Below are positions 13,364 to 25,942 of a DNA stretch of 64,000 bases, piece by piece (position 1 is the first letter of the stretch; each line of letters starts with the position of its first letter). Source of the stretch: Eledone cirrhosa (lineage: Eukaryota). A program made the translations under genes and the position numbers. Under the pieces are notes generated by a model that saw nothing but the letters and a program-made list of their open reading frames with translations, searched no databases and was not told the DNA's origin. The stretch covers positions 36,022,001 through 36,086,000 of the forward strand of contig OZ024749.1 of assembly GCA_964016885.1 (NCBI GenBank), read 5' to 3'.

Positions 13364-13942
13364 GGAGAACATGATATGAAGGCTAAAAACACTTGTGGAT
13401 AGTTCAGTTTTAAATCAACATATCCAATAAACATATCCAATAAAACTCACCTCCTACATATATATATATACATATATATAAACACACACACACTGAAATC
13501 AGTGTTTTAAATACCAATGTACACAAAACGTTCAAATGTTAGATAAAATAAATGGATACTCAATAAAAAGTGTAAGATTTATTTCCTGAAGAAATAGGTG
13601 ACAGTGACTTCGAAGTTTCGGCAATATATATGTTTGAGTGTGTTTGTGCATGTGTGTATGTGATCGAATATGTAGAAATGAGAGAAAAGAGCAATCAACA
13701 CATTATATGTAAGTTGGGAGTATGTATATTAGCAGTTTGACTTGTTTTTGCATTACTCATGAGTTTTAAGACAAAAACATGTCTGTCTTATCATAAGTCA
13801 AGATACATCATCATCATCATCGTTTAATGTCCATCTTTCACTCTAGCATGGGTAGGACGGGCTGTCCCTTTGTAAGAGATCAGGTCGGGAGACCGTGAAT
13901 TCTCTCACACAGAACCGATTTTTATTCATACATAAACACACA

Positions 13943-14296
13943 CATCATCATCATCATCATCATCATCAACATTTTACGTCCGCTTTTCCCTGCTTGCAAG
14001 GGTGGGACGGGAATTGATTCTGGCTCGATTTCTACAGCTGGGTGCCCTTCCTAACACCAACATCATTTACAGTGAGTGCTGGGTGCTTTTTTGCCGTGGC
14101 ACCTCCACGTCCACGTTGCAGTGGAATGATATGGACCCCAGTCCCTATCATCTCATTTCTACAGCTGAGTAAACTGGAGCAATGTGAAATAAAGTGTCTT
14201 GCTCAAGGAAACAACACATCACCCGGTCTGAGAATTGAACTCACAACCTTTCGATTGCAAGGCCAATGCTCTAACCACTAAGCCATGTGCCTCCAT
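13943..14296 (-). mobile_element. SINE family B, full length
   Basis: Near-identical reverse complement of the 55966 copy, with (CAT)n tail. Confidence 0.85.
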
Positions 14297-15242
14297 ATAT
14301 ATATATATATATATACACATATATATATATATATACATAAACATGCATACATACATACGTACACACACAAATATATATATATACACATACATACGTACAC
14401 ACATATATATAACTGATTTTTCAGTTTCTGTCTATCAAAGTTTACTTGCAAGACATTGTTTAATCTGAGGCTATATTAGAAGAGACTTACCTAAGGCACC
14501 AAGCAGTGGAATTGAACCCCTAATTATGTGACTTCAAAAGAAACCCCTTAACCAGAGAGCTGTGCCTGCACTTATTGTCACCATATTTACATAATTACCT
14601 TCATTTATAAATTCACATTAACATATTAAAAAAAAATAAAAATTGCAATTTACATCTCACACTTATGTAAATTTTGCTGACGTCCTACCAGGCTGCATAT
14701 CATAGGAAATTTCATGGGTGTTTTAATGGTAGCTAGTGCCAGTCCTATCATGGAAAGCAATATGAAATGAAGCATCTTGCTCAAGAACACAATGTGCTGC
14801 CTGACCCAGGAATCGAAACCACGATGTTACGATGTTGAGTCCCAATGCTCTAAACACTACAACCACACACACCTTCACTTTAGCAATGGAGAAGAAAGAA
14901 GAAAATGTTTATTTGAAGAACCAAGAATGGTATTGAAATGGCTTGCAGTATATATACCCAGGTGTGAATGATTTGTTGCATTCATTAATGGGATAATGAC
15001 TGCAGAAAGTCATCTAGAAGTGTCAGGTGTAATGTAATAATGCTGCTCAATCTCCAAGAATATCAACCTGTTTTATGAGAATAAATTCCACAATTGTTTG
15101 GATTACCAATCTCTTCATGTTCCTCATGTCTATTATAATACGTGGTGATTGATTTTATTTCCTATTGTCTTCAAACCTCCTTCATTAATTGGAATAGATT
15201 TGAAATATCCACGGAGAAAGAAACATCAATCATTCTTTTACA

Positions 15243-15699
15243 GGTGGGTGGCTAAAGGGTTAGGGTAATGGATCAATAGCTCTTCTATAGGGTATTAGGT
15301 AGCTAAAGAGTTAAAGTAGTGGGTCATTAACTCTTCTATAAGGTATTAGGTAGCTAAAGAGTTAAAGTAGTGGGTCAATAACACTTCTATAGGGTATTGG
15401 GTGGCTAAGGGCTAGGGTAGTGGGACTAATAGCTCTTCTATAGGGTGTTAAGGGGCTAAAAGGTTAGGGTAGTGGGACCAATAGCTCTTCTATAGGGTAT
15501 TAGGTAGCTAAAGAGTTAAAGTAGTGGGTCATTAACTCTTCTATAAGGTATTAGGTAGCTAAAAAGTTAAAGTAGTGGGTCAATAACACTTCTATAGGGT
15601 ATTGGGTGGCTAAGGGCTAGGGTAGTGGGACTAATAGCTCTTCTATAGGGTGTTAAGTGGCTAAAAGGTTAGGGTAGTGGGACCAATAGCTCTTCTATA
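15243..15699. repeat. ~51-bp minisatellite, ~9 units, with a 205-bp higher-order repeat
   Basis: Unit GGTATTAGGTAGCTAAAGAGTTAAAGTAGTGGGTCATTAACTCTTCTATAA; the 4-unit block starting at 15291 recurs at 15496. Confidence 0.9.
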
Positions 15700-15904
15700 A
15701 TTGGGAAAACAAATTCCAAGCTGTAGTAAAGGAAAATAAACTTGTAAATATATCAATGTGAACGGTTGAGTGTTGGACTCATTCTCAAATAGTCATGGGT
15801 TTAACTCCTGTATCAGGTGGAATATTGTGCTCTTGAGCAAGATACTTCATTTCATATTGCTTTAAATAATAAGACCGGGACCTCCAAATTTAAACCACTC
15901 CATC

Positions 15905-16502
15905 CCAAAAAAAACAAAAAAAAAAACTCCTCTGTTGTACAACCTCATAGAAAGCTAGAAAAACCTCCACAGAGCTGTAACAACAACATAATAGGATTAG
16001 TGCCTCTTTCATACAAAAAACACCCAAGAAACTTCCTATGAGATGTAACTTCGTATGAGGCCAGCTAAACTTACATAGGTGGAGCTGTAACAAGAACAGG
16101 ACAGGACTAGTACCTGTATCATTAAAACTCCCAAGAAACTTATCCTGCATGATATGCAACCTCGTAGGATGCCTGATAAGCCTTCATAACTGTGAGCTGT
16201 AACAACAATTATATGATAGGAGTAGGGCTTCTATCATTGGAACACCTCAAAAACTTCCCATGAGAGGCAACACCGTAGAAGGCCAGCTAAACTTATATAG
16301 GGGTTCCTATCATTAAAACAGCTGAGAAACCTCCTATGAGATACAACCTAGCAAGTGACCAGCTAAACCTAGATATGTGTAAACTGTAGCATCTCAGAAT
16401 ATGTGTATGTGATAAGACTAGGGTCTCTTACAATTCCCAAGAAACTTTCCATGTCATACAACTTCGTAAGAAGTCAGCTAAACACATAGGTGTGAGCTGT
16501 AA
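15905..16502. repeat. Degenerate ~75-115 bp tandem repeat (5-6 units)
   Basis: Recurrent AAGAAACTTCCTATGAGA..CAAC.TCGTA..GCCAGCTAAAC..GAGCTGTAAC. Confidence 0.75.
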
Positions 16503-16604
16503 ATTTAATTTTCCTATAATTTTTCAGCAAAGTGTTGGTCTTTAACTGATAATTCTTTCAATGACTACCACTGATAACCTAGCTATAGAATAGATGCTTA
16601 TGAT

Positions 16605-17135
16605 GGTCTACCCTGGGTAACAATGGTCTGTGCACCCTGGTTAACAAATGTTATATGTACCTTGGTTAACAGTAGTGTCTATATATATATTGGGTAGTAA
16701 TGTAAGTAACTATGTGGTGTGTATCCTGTGTAGCTGAGTTGTGTGTACCCTGGATATAGCTGTGAGGTGTGTGCCTTGGGTAACTATGTAGTGTGTACCT
16801 TAGGTAACTGTATAGTATATACACTGAGTAACTGTGTAGTGTGTACCCTGGGTAGCTATGTAGAGTGTACCCAGGGTAACTGTGTAATATGTACCTTGGG
16901 TAGCTATGTAGAGTGTACCCAGGGTAACTGTGTAATATGTACCTTGGGTAGCTATGTAGAGTGTACCCTGGTTAACTGTGTGGTGATTACCTCGGGTAGC
17001 TATGTAGTGTGTAATCTGGGTAACTGTGTGGTGTGTAATCTGGGTAAATGTGTAGTGTGTACCTCTTAGGTAACTAAGTGATGTGATCCTTTGGTAACTG
17101 TGTGGTGTGTATACACCTTGGATATACCTTGGTTA
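16605..17135. repeat. 24-bp minisatellite
   Basis: Unit ~GTGTACCCTGGGTAGCTATGTAGA; gives rise to the Cys-rich ORF 16743-17069. Confidence 0.85.
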
Positions 17136-17853
17136 CACACATTACATAGAGTGGGGGGAGGAGGGGAGAAAAGGAAGAAACATAAGGTGGGTGGAGGAGT
17201 GGTGGGAAGTAGAGATGATAGAAAGTGGAGGCAGAGGAGGAAACTGAAGAATACAGAAGAAGAAGAAGAAATCTAAATATAAAAATAATAAATATAAAAA
17301 TAATAAATATAAAAATAATAAATGTTAAAATAAATTAATATTAAAAAGAAAGGTGCTAGTGTAGTGGGTGTGGGTGTGAGTGGTGAACATGATAGTTCCT
17401 TCCATTTAACTCCTCCACTGTTGAGGATTCACTTAAGAAGATTAAAGGATTACAAATATTTCTTCTTATTACAGAATGATGGATTAAGGAGGTGGATGGA
17501 GCAGACTGGCAGAGAATAATTACTGTAAATTACAGATGGTAGAAAACATATACAAACATATATAACATAGTCATCATCATCACCATCATTATCATCGTTA
17601 TCATCATAATCATTATCATGTTTGTGAGAGTTGGACTGGCCATCACAGACCAAGTGACTATTTAGTTGGAGTCACTGACCTCTCAGACGGGCTGGGATGT
17701 TTACAGCTCACTTATGTACATTCAAGAACTCTCTCACTTTCTCTTTCTCTCTACGAGGTGTACTGGGTGCATTTTATCATGGCAACGACACTAGTGAGGT
17801 TGTCTGACACATCTGAAGTCCTTTTAACTCTTTGTGTGTGTATGTATATGTAT

Positions 17854-17890
<37 letters not shown>

Positions 17891-18434
17891 GCCCATGCTA
17901 GCATGGAAAGTGGATGTTAAATGATGATGATGATGATGATTATATATATAAATATATACATTATATATAACTACATACATGCCCACTTATACACTTATAC
18001 ATTTAAAATATATTAATAATTATTTCTACTTTTTGGCACAAAGCCAACAATAACCCCAGTACATTACTGGTACTTTATTTTATCCTGATCGCAAGTCCAA
18101 CACCCCTATCCACTAGGCCACACATCATCTCAACCAATCTTCTGATCCAACCAGGAAAACAAACACAGGCTAGATGTCGCACTCTCATCATCAATGTTCC
18201 TATTTCCAATACAGTCTTCAGACTGGTGTCTATTTGAGGTATTTCAATAAAGTTAGAGGTTTGTCTCCTGCTATTAATCCACCCATGTGTTGGCTACTAT
18301 AAACTCTAGATTTCAGACCATTACCCATTTCTCCAGGATATCTCACACAGTGATCTGCCAATAACAATCTCCCATTGTTAATCTGTCTTTGTATTGGCTG
18401 CCATAGCTATAAATTTCTAGCACTAATAATGACA

Positions 18435-18620
18435 ATAATTGTTTCTACTTTAGGCACAAGGCCAGCAATTACCCAGTACATTACTGGTACTTTATTTTAT
18501 CGACCCTGTAAGGATGAAAGGCAAAGTTAACCTTGGCTAGATTTGAACGCAGAACGTAAAGGGCCGTAACTCTTTGCTCCAAAGTATGGCGTCAGACCCT
18601 CTACCGATACTGCCAATCCA
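18435..18620 (-). mobile_element. SINE family A
   Basis: Full reverse-complement copy ending CCGATACTGCCAATCC. Confidence 0.85.
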
Positions 18621-18878
18621 TGTAGCAATATGTTAGCAATTTAATTAGATATGTATGTTGTGGCTTAGTGATTAGAGTGTTTAGCTTCACAATTGTAAGA
18701 CCATGAGTTCGATTCCTAGACCGAGCAGTGATTTGTCTTCTAGAGCAAGACACTTTATTTTATATTGCTTCAAATCAACTCAACTGGAAACAGAAAATGA
18801 GTCTTACCTCACTTTAATTAAAAGGGAGAGCCTTGTCATACACTGTGTCGTATTGAATTTCCTTGATAACTAAGTTAA

Positions 18879-19089
18879 CCCTTTAGCATTTAAACCAGCC
18901 AGGATTCACTCACCTCTTTCTGTTGAAACTGGCTGTAATGATCCCCTCATACTGACATTAAGGTATTGTTCTCAAAAAAAATAATATCAAAATCTCATAG
19001 ATTCAATATTATGTGAGATAATTATGTGAGGTAGAGCTTTTACCATGAAAATATTATAGTAAATATAGAATAATGTAAATGCTAAAGGG
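18879..19089. mobile_element. piggyBac-type MITE
   Basis: TTAA|CCCTTTAGCATTTA ... TAAATGCTAAAGGG|TTAA; homologous copy in opposite orientation at 57006-57210. Confidence 0.85.
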
Positions 19090-19584
19090 TTAAGGGTGCA
19101 TGTTTCTGTAGAATACATTAATTTCAGGAGCTGACGTGTCCATTGATCGACTCATCTGGAACACTCATTATCAATACCAATGGAGGTCCAACAACAGCAA
19201 CAACAACAACACATATGTGGTTAAGGTTAATGATCATAAGATCACAGGTTTCATTCCTGGACCAGGACAGTACATTGTCTCCTTGAGCAAGATATTTCAT
19301 TTCAAGCTGTTTTGGTTTATTCTGCTGAAAACAAAAAACATGAGTTATCAGCAGCTGGGAGATTTCTGTAATGAAATGGTGTCTGGCCCACCACCAACAC
19401 ATCTACCATGACCATTATCCCTCACACCACCAGTCAGTAACAGTTTGGCACTCAAATGTCAACATAAATTTAACAGGTGTGCTGGAAGTTAATGAAAGGT
19501 CTTTGTTGTGTCTACCTTCACAGTCACTATTGCTATCTACTGATATATATATACATATATCCCCATACCCATATATGTATATAT

Positions 19585-20158
19585 ATATCCCTATGTTTCC
19601 ATTGGTCTTTCTAATTACTAATAGTATCTCTCAGTCGCTCTTCATATGCATTGCATGTCTATATCACGGCAATCTCCTCTTCAGCACACTGCATCTGATA
19701 CCTTTTATGCCCAGTTTCTCTTTCAGTTCATTCACGCTTTGCCATTTGTGTATATTACTATTACTCAACCATTGGAGCATGCAGCTTCATTTCTTTCCAA
19801 TCTACATAGGTCCTATGTACACAGTGCCCATGTCTCATTGCTATGCAGCATTGCAGTTAGTGTACACACCTCATACAGCCTGTCCTTCATTTTCAGGGGG
19901 AGCCTTTGTAGCCAGCAGTGGTAGTAGCTCCCTGAACTTTTTCCATCCCATTCTCACTCTGGTTACTGTACCTTTGGAACACCTACTTCCAGTTAATTTG
20001 GTCACCCAGGTAACAGAAACTGTCAACTGCTTCTATGGTATCCTCCACGAATTTGATAGAGCTTGTTTCCTGAGCACATTTGCTGCTTACTGTTCCTGTG
20101 AAACACCTACTTGTAAAACCTTTGTTCTTTGCTAGCCTACCTGAGATCCCGGTACATC
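19585..20158 (-). mobile_element. RTE-clade LINE reverse transcriptase C-terminal fragment
   Basis: IEAVDSFCYLGDQI..RVRMGWKKFRELLPLLATK..LHSNETWAL..RLERNE, with frameshifts. Confidence 0.8.
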
Positions 20159-20160
20159 TC

Positions 20161-20191
<31 letters not shown>

Positions 20192-20299
20192 CACACACGT
20201 GTGTGTGTGTATGTGTACATATATGTAAGTATATGTTTATATCAGGCATGACATTTTAGACCTGTCGAGGATTTGAAAGGAAGTCAACAGATCGTGCTG

Positions 20300-20610
20300 G
20301 TATGTTTGATAATGCTTTTCCCCTTCTCCTTGCTTCTTGTAGCTTTGGATACAACTGGAATCAAAGTTCCTGATCCCATTATAACACACATATCTCCAGT
20401 TCTTCTGCTCCAAGGCCACTAGGTCAAATGTCTTTAAAGGTATATTGGTGGCTGAAAGATTACTTTTCAGATTGTCTTTGTACCTAAGCCATGGCTGTCT
20501 AACATTTCTATATCCATCCTTTGCTGGCTGTACATGCTTTTGGTATTCTATTGTCACTCATTCTGATGACATGACCAGACCAACATAGTTGTGATTTCAT
20601 AAGAAAGGTT
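20300..20610 (-). mobile_element. RTE/BovB-like LINE 3' fragment
   Basis: LMKSQLCWSGHVIRMSDNRIPK..G.RNVRQPWLRYKDNLKSNL..ALEQKNWR. Confidence 0.8.
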
Positions 20611-20624
20611 TCAATATATACACC

Positions 20625-20671
<47 letters not shown>

Positions 20672-20845
20672 ATAGATATATATGTACATATATATGTATA
20701 TATATATGAATGTATATTTGAATATATGTATGTATGTGTAAATCTATATATAAATGTATGTATATATATATGTATATATCTATATATGGTAATAATGAAA
20801 TTATTGTGTACAGTGCTCAGGTGCACTACAACTAATAAATATATA

Positions 20846-20906
<61 letters not shown>

Positions 20907-20924
20907 ATGTGTATGTAAATGTAA

Positions 20925-20959
<35 letters not shown>

Positions 20960-21235
20960 CACATACACATATGCATGCATGTATAATTTATGTCCTCTAT
21001 ACAGTGATTCTCTCTGGTTGGTGATTAGATCTTACTTCAACCTAATTAAGAAGACCTATTGTGAGTCCAGACATTCAAACAGTGACCACCCGGTCTATTT
21101 TTATATAAGGGAGTGTACTGTCCGATTACGCATCCTTATTTTTTTTTTAAATCGTACACTGAGATTCGAGGAAAAGTTGGCCGCTATTTCTAGCAGTTCT
21201 ATCGACCACTAAGTGGCTCTATCGCAATCTAAGTG

Positions 21236-21780
21236 GTTACCCGTATCTATTTATCAATCGATATCTCCCCCTCTCCCGCACTATGTAGTCATCACTTGAG
21301 CTACTTTTTTTCCAGTTTGTCAGCGACACTGTCTGAGAGAGACAGAGTAAGAGAGCGTGTATTTCGGATAGATAGATAGAAAGACAGAGAGAGAAAGATT
21401 GATATAGTGAGATACCACGTGACAACCGACATAACAGTTAATTGCACGGCGCCATGTTTTGGCCTATTACTGGAGGCCGCTTATATTAACAAAAATAAGC
21501 ACTGCCCCTTTCTCGCATCACACACACTTTCTCTTTCTTTAATGCGGTCAATGGCATACTGCGACAAGACAAACACATTACACACACATTAATATATAAA
21601 CACACGCAGATATATATATTAATGTATATAAAAAGAAAGAGAGAGAAAGTGATAGATATATTTATTTATTTATTAAAAAAGTGATAGAGAGACTAACATA
21701 CACAAACACACATTAACTCGGCCTCTTACGTCGCTAAAAATATCGTTTTGACCGCATTTTCTCTTGTGCAATGACCACTA
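21236..21780 (-). promoter_or_regulatory. Possible promoter / non-coding first exon of a minus-strand gene
   Basis: Locally CpG-rich unique sequence; YY1-like AACATGGCG on minus (21450-21458); E-box CACGTG (21416-21421); candidate donor CGG|GTAACC near 21240. Confidence 0.3.
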
Positions 21781-21816
21781 CAGTTGGAGTAAGAGCAACA
21801 GTATCTTATATACGTG

Positions 21817-21871
<55 letters not shown>

Positions 21872-21939
21872 ACGAGAAGAAAGAAGAATACTGCCTGGTT
21901 TGCACATGGGTTACATATGATAAAAATAGTCCTTCGTCA

Positions 21940-22015
<76 letters not shown>

Positions 22016-22018
<3 letters not shown>

Positions 22019-22125
22019 GATGAGATTCTACAGGACTAGAACTGTTTCATTCATTAGAAATCATCAGCGATTCCTGATGATTTCTAATGAATGAAACAGT
22101 TCTAGTCCTGTAGAATCTCATCTAT
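22016..22125. repeat. Perfect ~52-bp-arm palindrome with 6-nt spacer next to a (TA)n tract
   Basis: ..ATGAGATTCTACAGG..TCATCAG CGATTC CTGATGA..CCTGTAGAATCTCAT.. Confidence 0.95.
22069..22117 (+). ncRNA. Type I hammerhead ribozyme
   Basis: GATTC-CTGATGA-TTTCTAATGAAT-GAAA-CAGTTCTAGTCCTG-TA-GAATC. Confidence 0.75.
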
Positions 22126-22209
22126 ATTAAAACTGTTATACTCTGCTATGTATTGAGTACCTTACTTACTGTGGTTACCTCCGATTCAACCCGGAATAAC
22201 GTATATATG

Positions 22210-22242
<33 letters not shown>

Positions 22243-22267
22243 GTATATGTATATATATATGTATATA

Positions 22268-22463
<196 letters not shown>

Positions 22464-22549
22464 GTAATAATAATAAATGTGAAGACTAAAATCCAAAGAG
22501 GGCTCGATAAGGATAAATATATATCAAATATATAAGAACCGTAGAGCAA

Positions 22550-22684
22550 ATATTTATTAAAATAACATTAAAGTTTAAGCAAAGAATCGCTGCTTTCGCC
22601 CTTAACCGGATCTTCTGAAGATCCCGTTAAGGGTGAAAGCAGCGATTCTTTGCTTAAACTTTAATCTGTTATTTTAATAAATAT
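22550..22684. repeat. Near-perfect palindrome centred on an HHR core
   Basis: Axis at 22616 in TCTTC-T-GAAGA; right arm reads CTGAAGA-TCCCGTTAAGGGT-GAAA-GCAGCGATTC; stem I 5' strand is absent. Confidence 0.85.
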
Positions 22685-23104
22685 ATATATATATATCACG
22701 TATATATATATATCATATATATATATATATACGTGATATATATACACACAAGTAGATATCAGTGTGCACGCACGCGCTGACTAATATAATTACATTTATT
22801 GCTAATTAAATGTTCATAATTAACTAACAGCAATATTAACAAAATAATAATGATAATGATGATGACCCAGAAATGCTATCTATCAAAACAATAAATATTT
22901 GATTATGTTTATTAATTAAATAATTTTTTTTCGATGAAAAAAAAAAAAAAAATGTTTACACATTTCTTATATATGTAAGTGTGTGTATATACGCATGCAT
23001 GCATGTATGTATGTATGTATGTATGTATGTATGTATGTATGTATGTATGTATGTATGTATGTATGTATGTATGTATGTATGTATGTATGTATGTATGTAT
23101 GTTT

Positions 23105-23300
23105 GTGTCAGGTCACCAGTTGGTGCTACTGGTAACTACTGATCCCAGTACAACCTGTCTCATGGTTGGCGACTAAACTGGCAACCCCACCAAGGTTTCT
23201 TGGTGAGGAGGGTGACTTTGGACATCCTGCAGGACTAAAAACAAAACCTGTCAAAGGGCAAAGGAGCTCTTAAGAGTCAATGGCCATCCAAAATCACCGG
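23105..23300 (+). repeat. Dispersed repeat, unclassified (related copy ~58203-58350)
   Basis: Shared TACTGGTAACTA..CCCA.TACAACCTGT..TTGGTGAGGAGGGT.A..TTGGACA.CCTGCA.GA. Confidence 0.6.
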
Positions 23301-23846
23301 GAGAGATGACCCACTAGGAGAAGGAAAACTCTGATATAATACCTGCAACCCTGATGGTTTCCAATGATGTTGACTTGTTCTTCTTTTTGGTAAATATCAT
23401 CTTGGTTAAGAGAGTGGGACTGGCTTTGTGCAGTGCCTTTGCTCACTATAAAAGCTTCACGGCACAGGCATTGCTTTATATCTGGAGATCTCTCTGCACT
23501 TGTCGTCACATGGTACCATGGGCCCAGCACTATGTGTCAATAATTGTCACAAGTGTAGTGTTTGTACCAGAGTTTTCAATACGCTGGCTGGACTAAAAAG
23601 TCACACTTGTTCAGGGCATCGGTAGGAGTTCTCCTACATGGATATAAAATAGTGGCCGTACTCGAAAACGAGTTGGCAGCCACCATGTATGTATGTATGT
23701 ATGTATGTATGTATGTATGTATGTATGTATGTATGTATGTATGTATGTATGTGTGTATGTATGTATGTGTGTGTTACAATATTATATAGATAGCTTTACT
23801 AGTGTTTCTGAACTATCAAGAGCCAGACATGAATTAATAGATAGAT

Positions 23847-24662
23847 TTCTTTATTTACCATAAAGGCATAAAAAGAAGGGACAAATACAAAGGGGGAGTT
23901 TACATATAATCGAGTAAAAAGGGTGTAACATGAAAATAATCGAAAATAACCTCAAAAGGGAGGGGACGTGATGAGGGTTGCACACACCCCCGAAAAAGTG
24001 TGCAATCCTTTGCCCGGGGAGCACACGGAGAAGGTGCTCCCCTCTCCTTTACTTCTTTACCTACAGGATGGTATACAGAGAAGGCCCATTTACACGAGCC
24101 ATTCTCGCCACTATCACCCACCTTTCATAAAACTGCCTGTGGCCAAGCACCTCTCTTTCCATTCTTATCCTTCTTCCGAAGTGATATCGGAAGAAGTAGA
24201 CCAGACTATGGCCAGAGAGGAAGTTGCCTGACCTCAGATCTTTCAATCGTGTCCACCAAACAACCTCTTTCAACATGGCTATTACGCACAGAAAAACAGC
24301 CTTTGCTTCCTTTGTGAAGAGGGGAGGCGGTTTGATTGTCATCATGGACTCGGCGGTCAATTTAATCGGCGCCACCCGCGACAGCAGTCGTTCGGCGTAG
24401 CCCCACAGATCAGCCACGCCCGGACATTGCACCAATGCGTGCGCAACGGTTTCTTCGTGACGCACGCATCTAGGGCAAATCTTTTTTGAGGGATCCCTGC
24501 CCGGGCGCCCGTGTCTGTAGAGCCTCTCTCGAACGGGTAGAGCCCCCCGGTAGCACTGCCAGGCCAGTGACTTCTGGAAGTTGTCCATTGGTCCTGGGCC
24601 GAAAGTCCTACCGAACAGGCTGGCCAGTTCGTCTTCTTCCATGTCCAGCGACTCTCCAAAGG
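23847..24662 (-). mobile_element. Young 5'-truncated L1/Tx1-type LINE (ORF2 C-terminus with zf-RVT CCHC motif)
   Basis: Uninterrupted ORF ..LAWQCYRGALPVRERL..CPRCVRHEETVAHALVQC..; 3' UTR with AATAAAGAAA; 23-bp TSD CAGACATGAATTAATAGATAGAT at 23824-23846 and 24663-24685. Confidence 0.9.
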
Positions 24663-24740
24663 CAGACATGAATTAATAGATAGATAGGTAGATTGATAGA
24701 TATGCCGGTAGATAAATGGGTAGATATAAGTTTGATTGAT

Positions 24741-24813
<73 letters not shown>

Positions 24814-24936
24814 GGAGGTGAGTTTTATTGTAGTACAATAAAGCAATGCAGATATCGGATAAGAAGCACTCTACAGTTTGTAGGACTGGAGTATACATAA
24901 TATATAAGATCAAAAGATGGTTAAAAGAGTTCCAAG

Positions 24937-25007
24937 TATTTTATTATGCGCATTTCAAAAACAAATATCATCATGGGATGATATCTGCGTTCTCATCAGA
25001 TAAAATA
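24937..25007 (-). ncRNA. Type I hammerhead ribozyme
   Basis: TATTTTAT-CTGATGA-GAACGCAGATATCATCCCATGATGATATTTGTTTTT-GAAA-TGCGCA-TA-ATAAAATA. Confidence 0.8.
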
Positions 25008-25127
25008 GGGTGACATGATATGGAGCTTAAAAAACACTTGTGGATAGTGCAGTTTTAAATCAACATGATATGTTGATTTAAAACTGCACTATCCACAAGT
25101 GTTTTTAACCTTCATATCATGTCCTCC

Positions 25128-25198
25128 TATTTTATCTGATGAAAACACAAATGTTATTGCATGATGATATTTGTTTTTGAAATGCGCATAATAAAATA
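25128..25198 (+). ncRNA. Type I hammerhead ribozyme
   Basis: TATTTTAT-CTGATGA-AAACACAAATGTTATTGCATGATGATATTTGTTTTT-GAAA-TGCGCA-TA-ATAAAATA; perfect 8-bp stem I, palindromic stem III. Confidence 0.85.
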
Positions 25199-25321
25199 CA
25201 TGGAACTCATTTAACTATCTTTTGATCTTATATATTATGTATACTCCAGTCCTACAAACTGTAGAGTGCTTCTTATCCGATATCTGCATTGCTTTATTGT
25301 ACTACAATAAAACTCACCTCC

Positions 25322-25379
<58 letters not shown>

Positions 25380-25382
<3 letters not shown>

Positions 25383-25486
25383 CGAAGGAAATGTGGTTAG
25401 GAACCAGGTGGACCATAACGCACCAAAGTCCAGAATTAGCCGTCGAAACGGCTTGAGCTCAGCCGTCGGGGTCCTACTCGCTCCTA
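25380..25486. mobile_element. Rearranged element B fragment with the 3' half of an HHR
   Basis: Inverted 3' terminus joined to GTCCAGAATTAGCCGTC-GAAA-CGGCTTGAGCTCAGCCG-TC-GGGGTCC; between TA tracts. Confidence 0.75.
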
Positions 25487-25488
25487 TA

Positions 25489-25543
<55 letters not shown>

Positions 25544-25753
25544 CGTTTCTGAATTTGTTTAGCAAGATTCTTTATCTGAAAACGTGTGTTGAAACCGATA
25601 TTGTTATGCTTTGGGAGGGTCATGTTGCCAATAAGAAACACACGCACCAGTTGCTTTCACTTCAATTTATTATAAATTAAATTTATAAATTTAGGAATTT
25701 ATAAATTTCCGATTGAATGGTTGGTTCCACAACCAGACGATTGTTCATATATT

Positions 25754-25796
25754 GTCAAAGTTCTTTCGTCACACATTCTGTGACCTCTTCAGTGAC
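25754..25796 (-). ncRNA. Minimal type I hammerhead ribozyme
   Basis: GTCA-CTGAAGA-GGTCACAGAATGTGTGAC-GAAA-GAAC-TT-TGAC, inside a TA-flanked insert (~25541-25871). Confidence 0.65.
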
Positions 25797-25868
25797 TGGG
25801 GATTCTTTTCTTTGTTTTTGTGCCTCTCCTTTGTTCTGTCCTACGCCATCTTGTTTTTGTGTGTGTTG

Positions 25869-25942
<74 letters not shown>

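Larger units (their letters stand above)
24811..25324. mobile_element. ~510-bp palindromic Penelope-type element flanked by (TA)n
   Basis: GTAGGAGGTGAG.. / ..CTCACCTCCTAC inverted arms with axis ~25068; each arm carries an HHR. Confidence 0.9.

Noticed and set aside
15243-15699. CRISPR-like or telomeric array
   Set aside because: No unique spacers, eukaryotic context, no cas genes; TTAGGG occurs only incidentally
16743-17069. Cys-rich repetitive ORF
   Set aside because: Product of a 24-bp minisatellite; the frame is broken by stops in flanking units
19371-20135. 254-aa + strand ORF
   Set aside because: Antisense to an RTE fragment; no domain features
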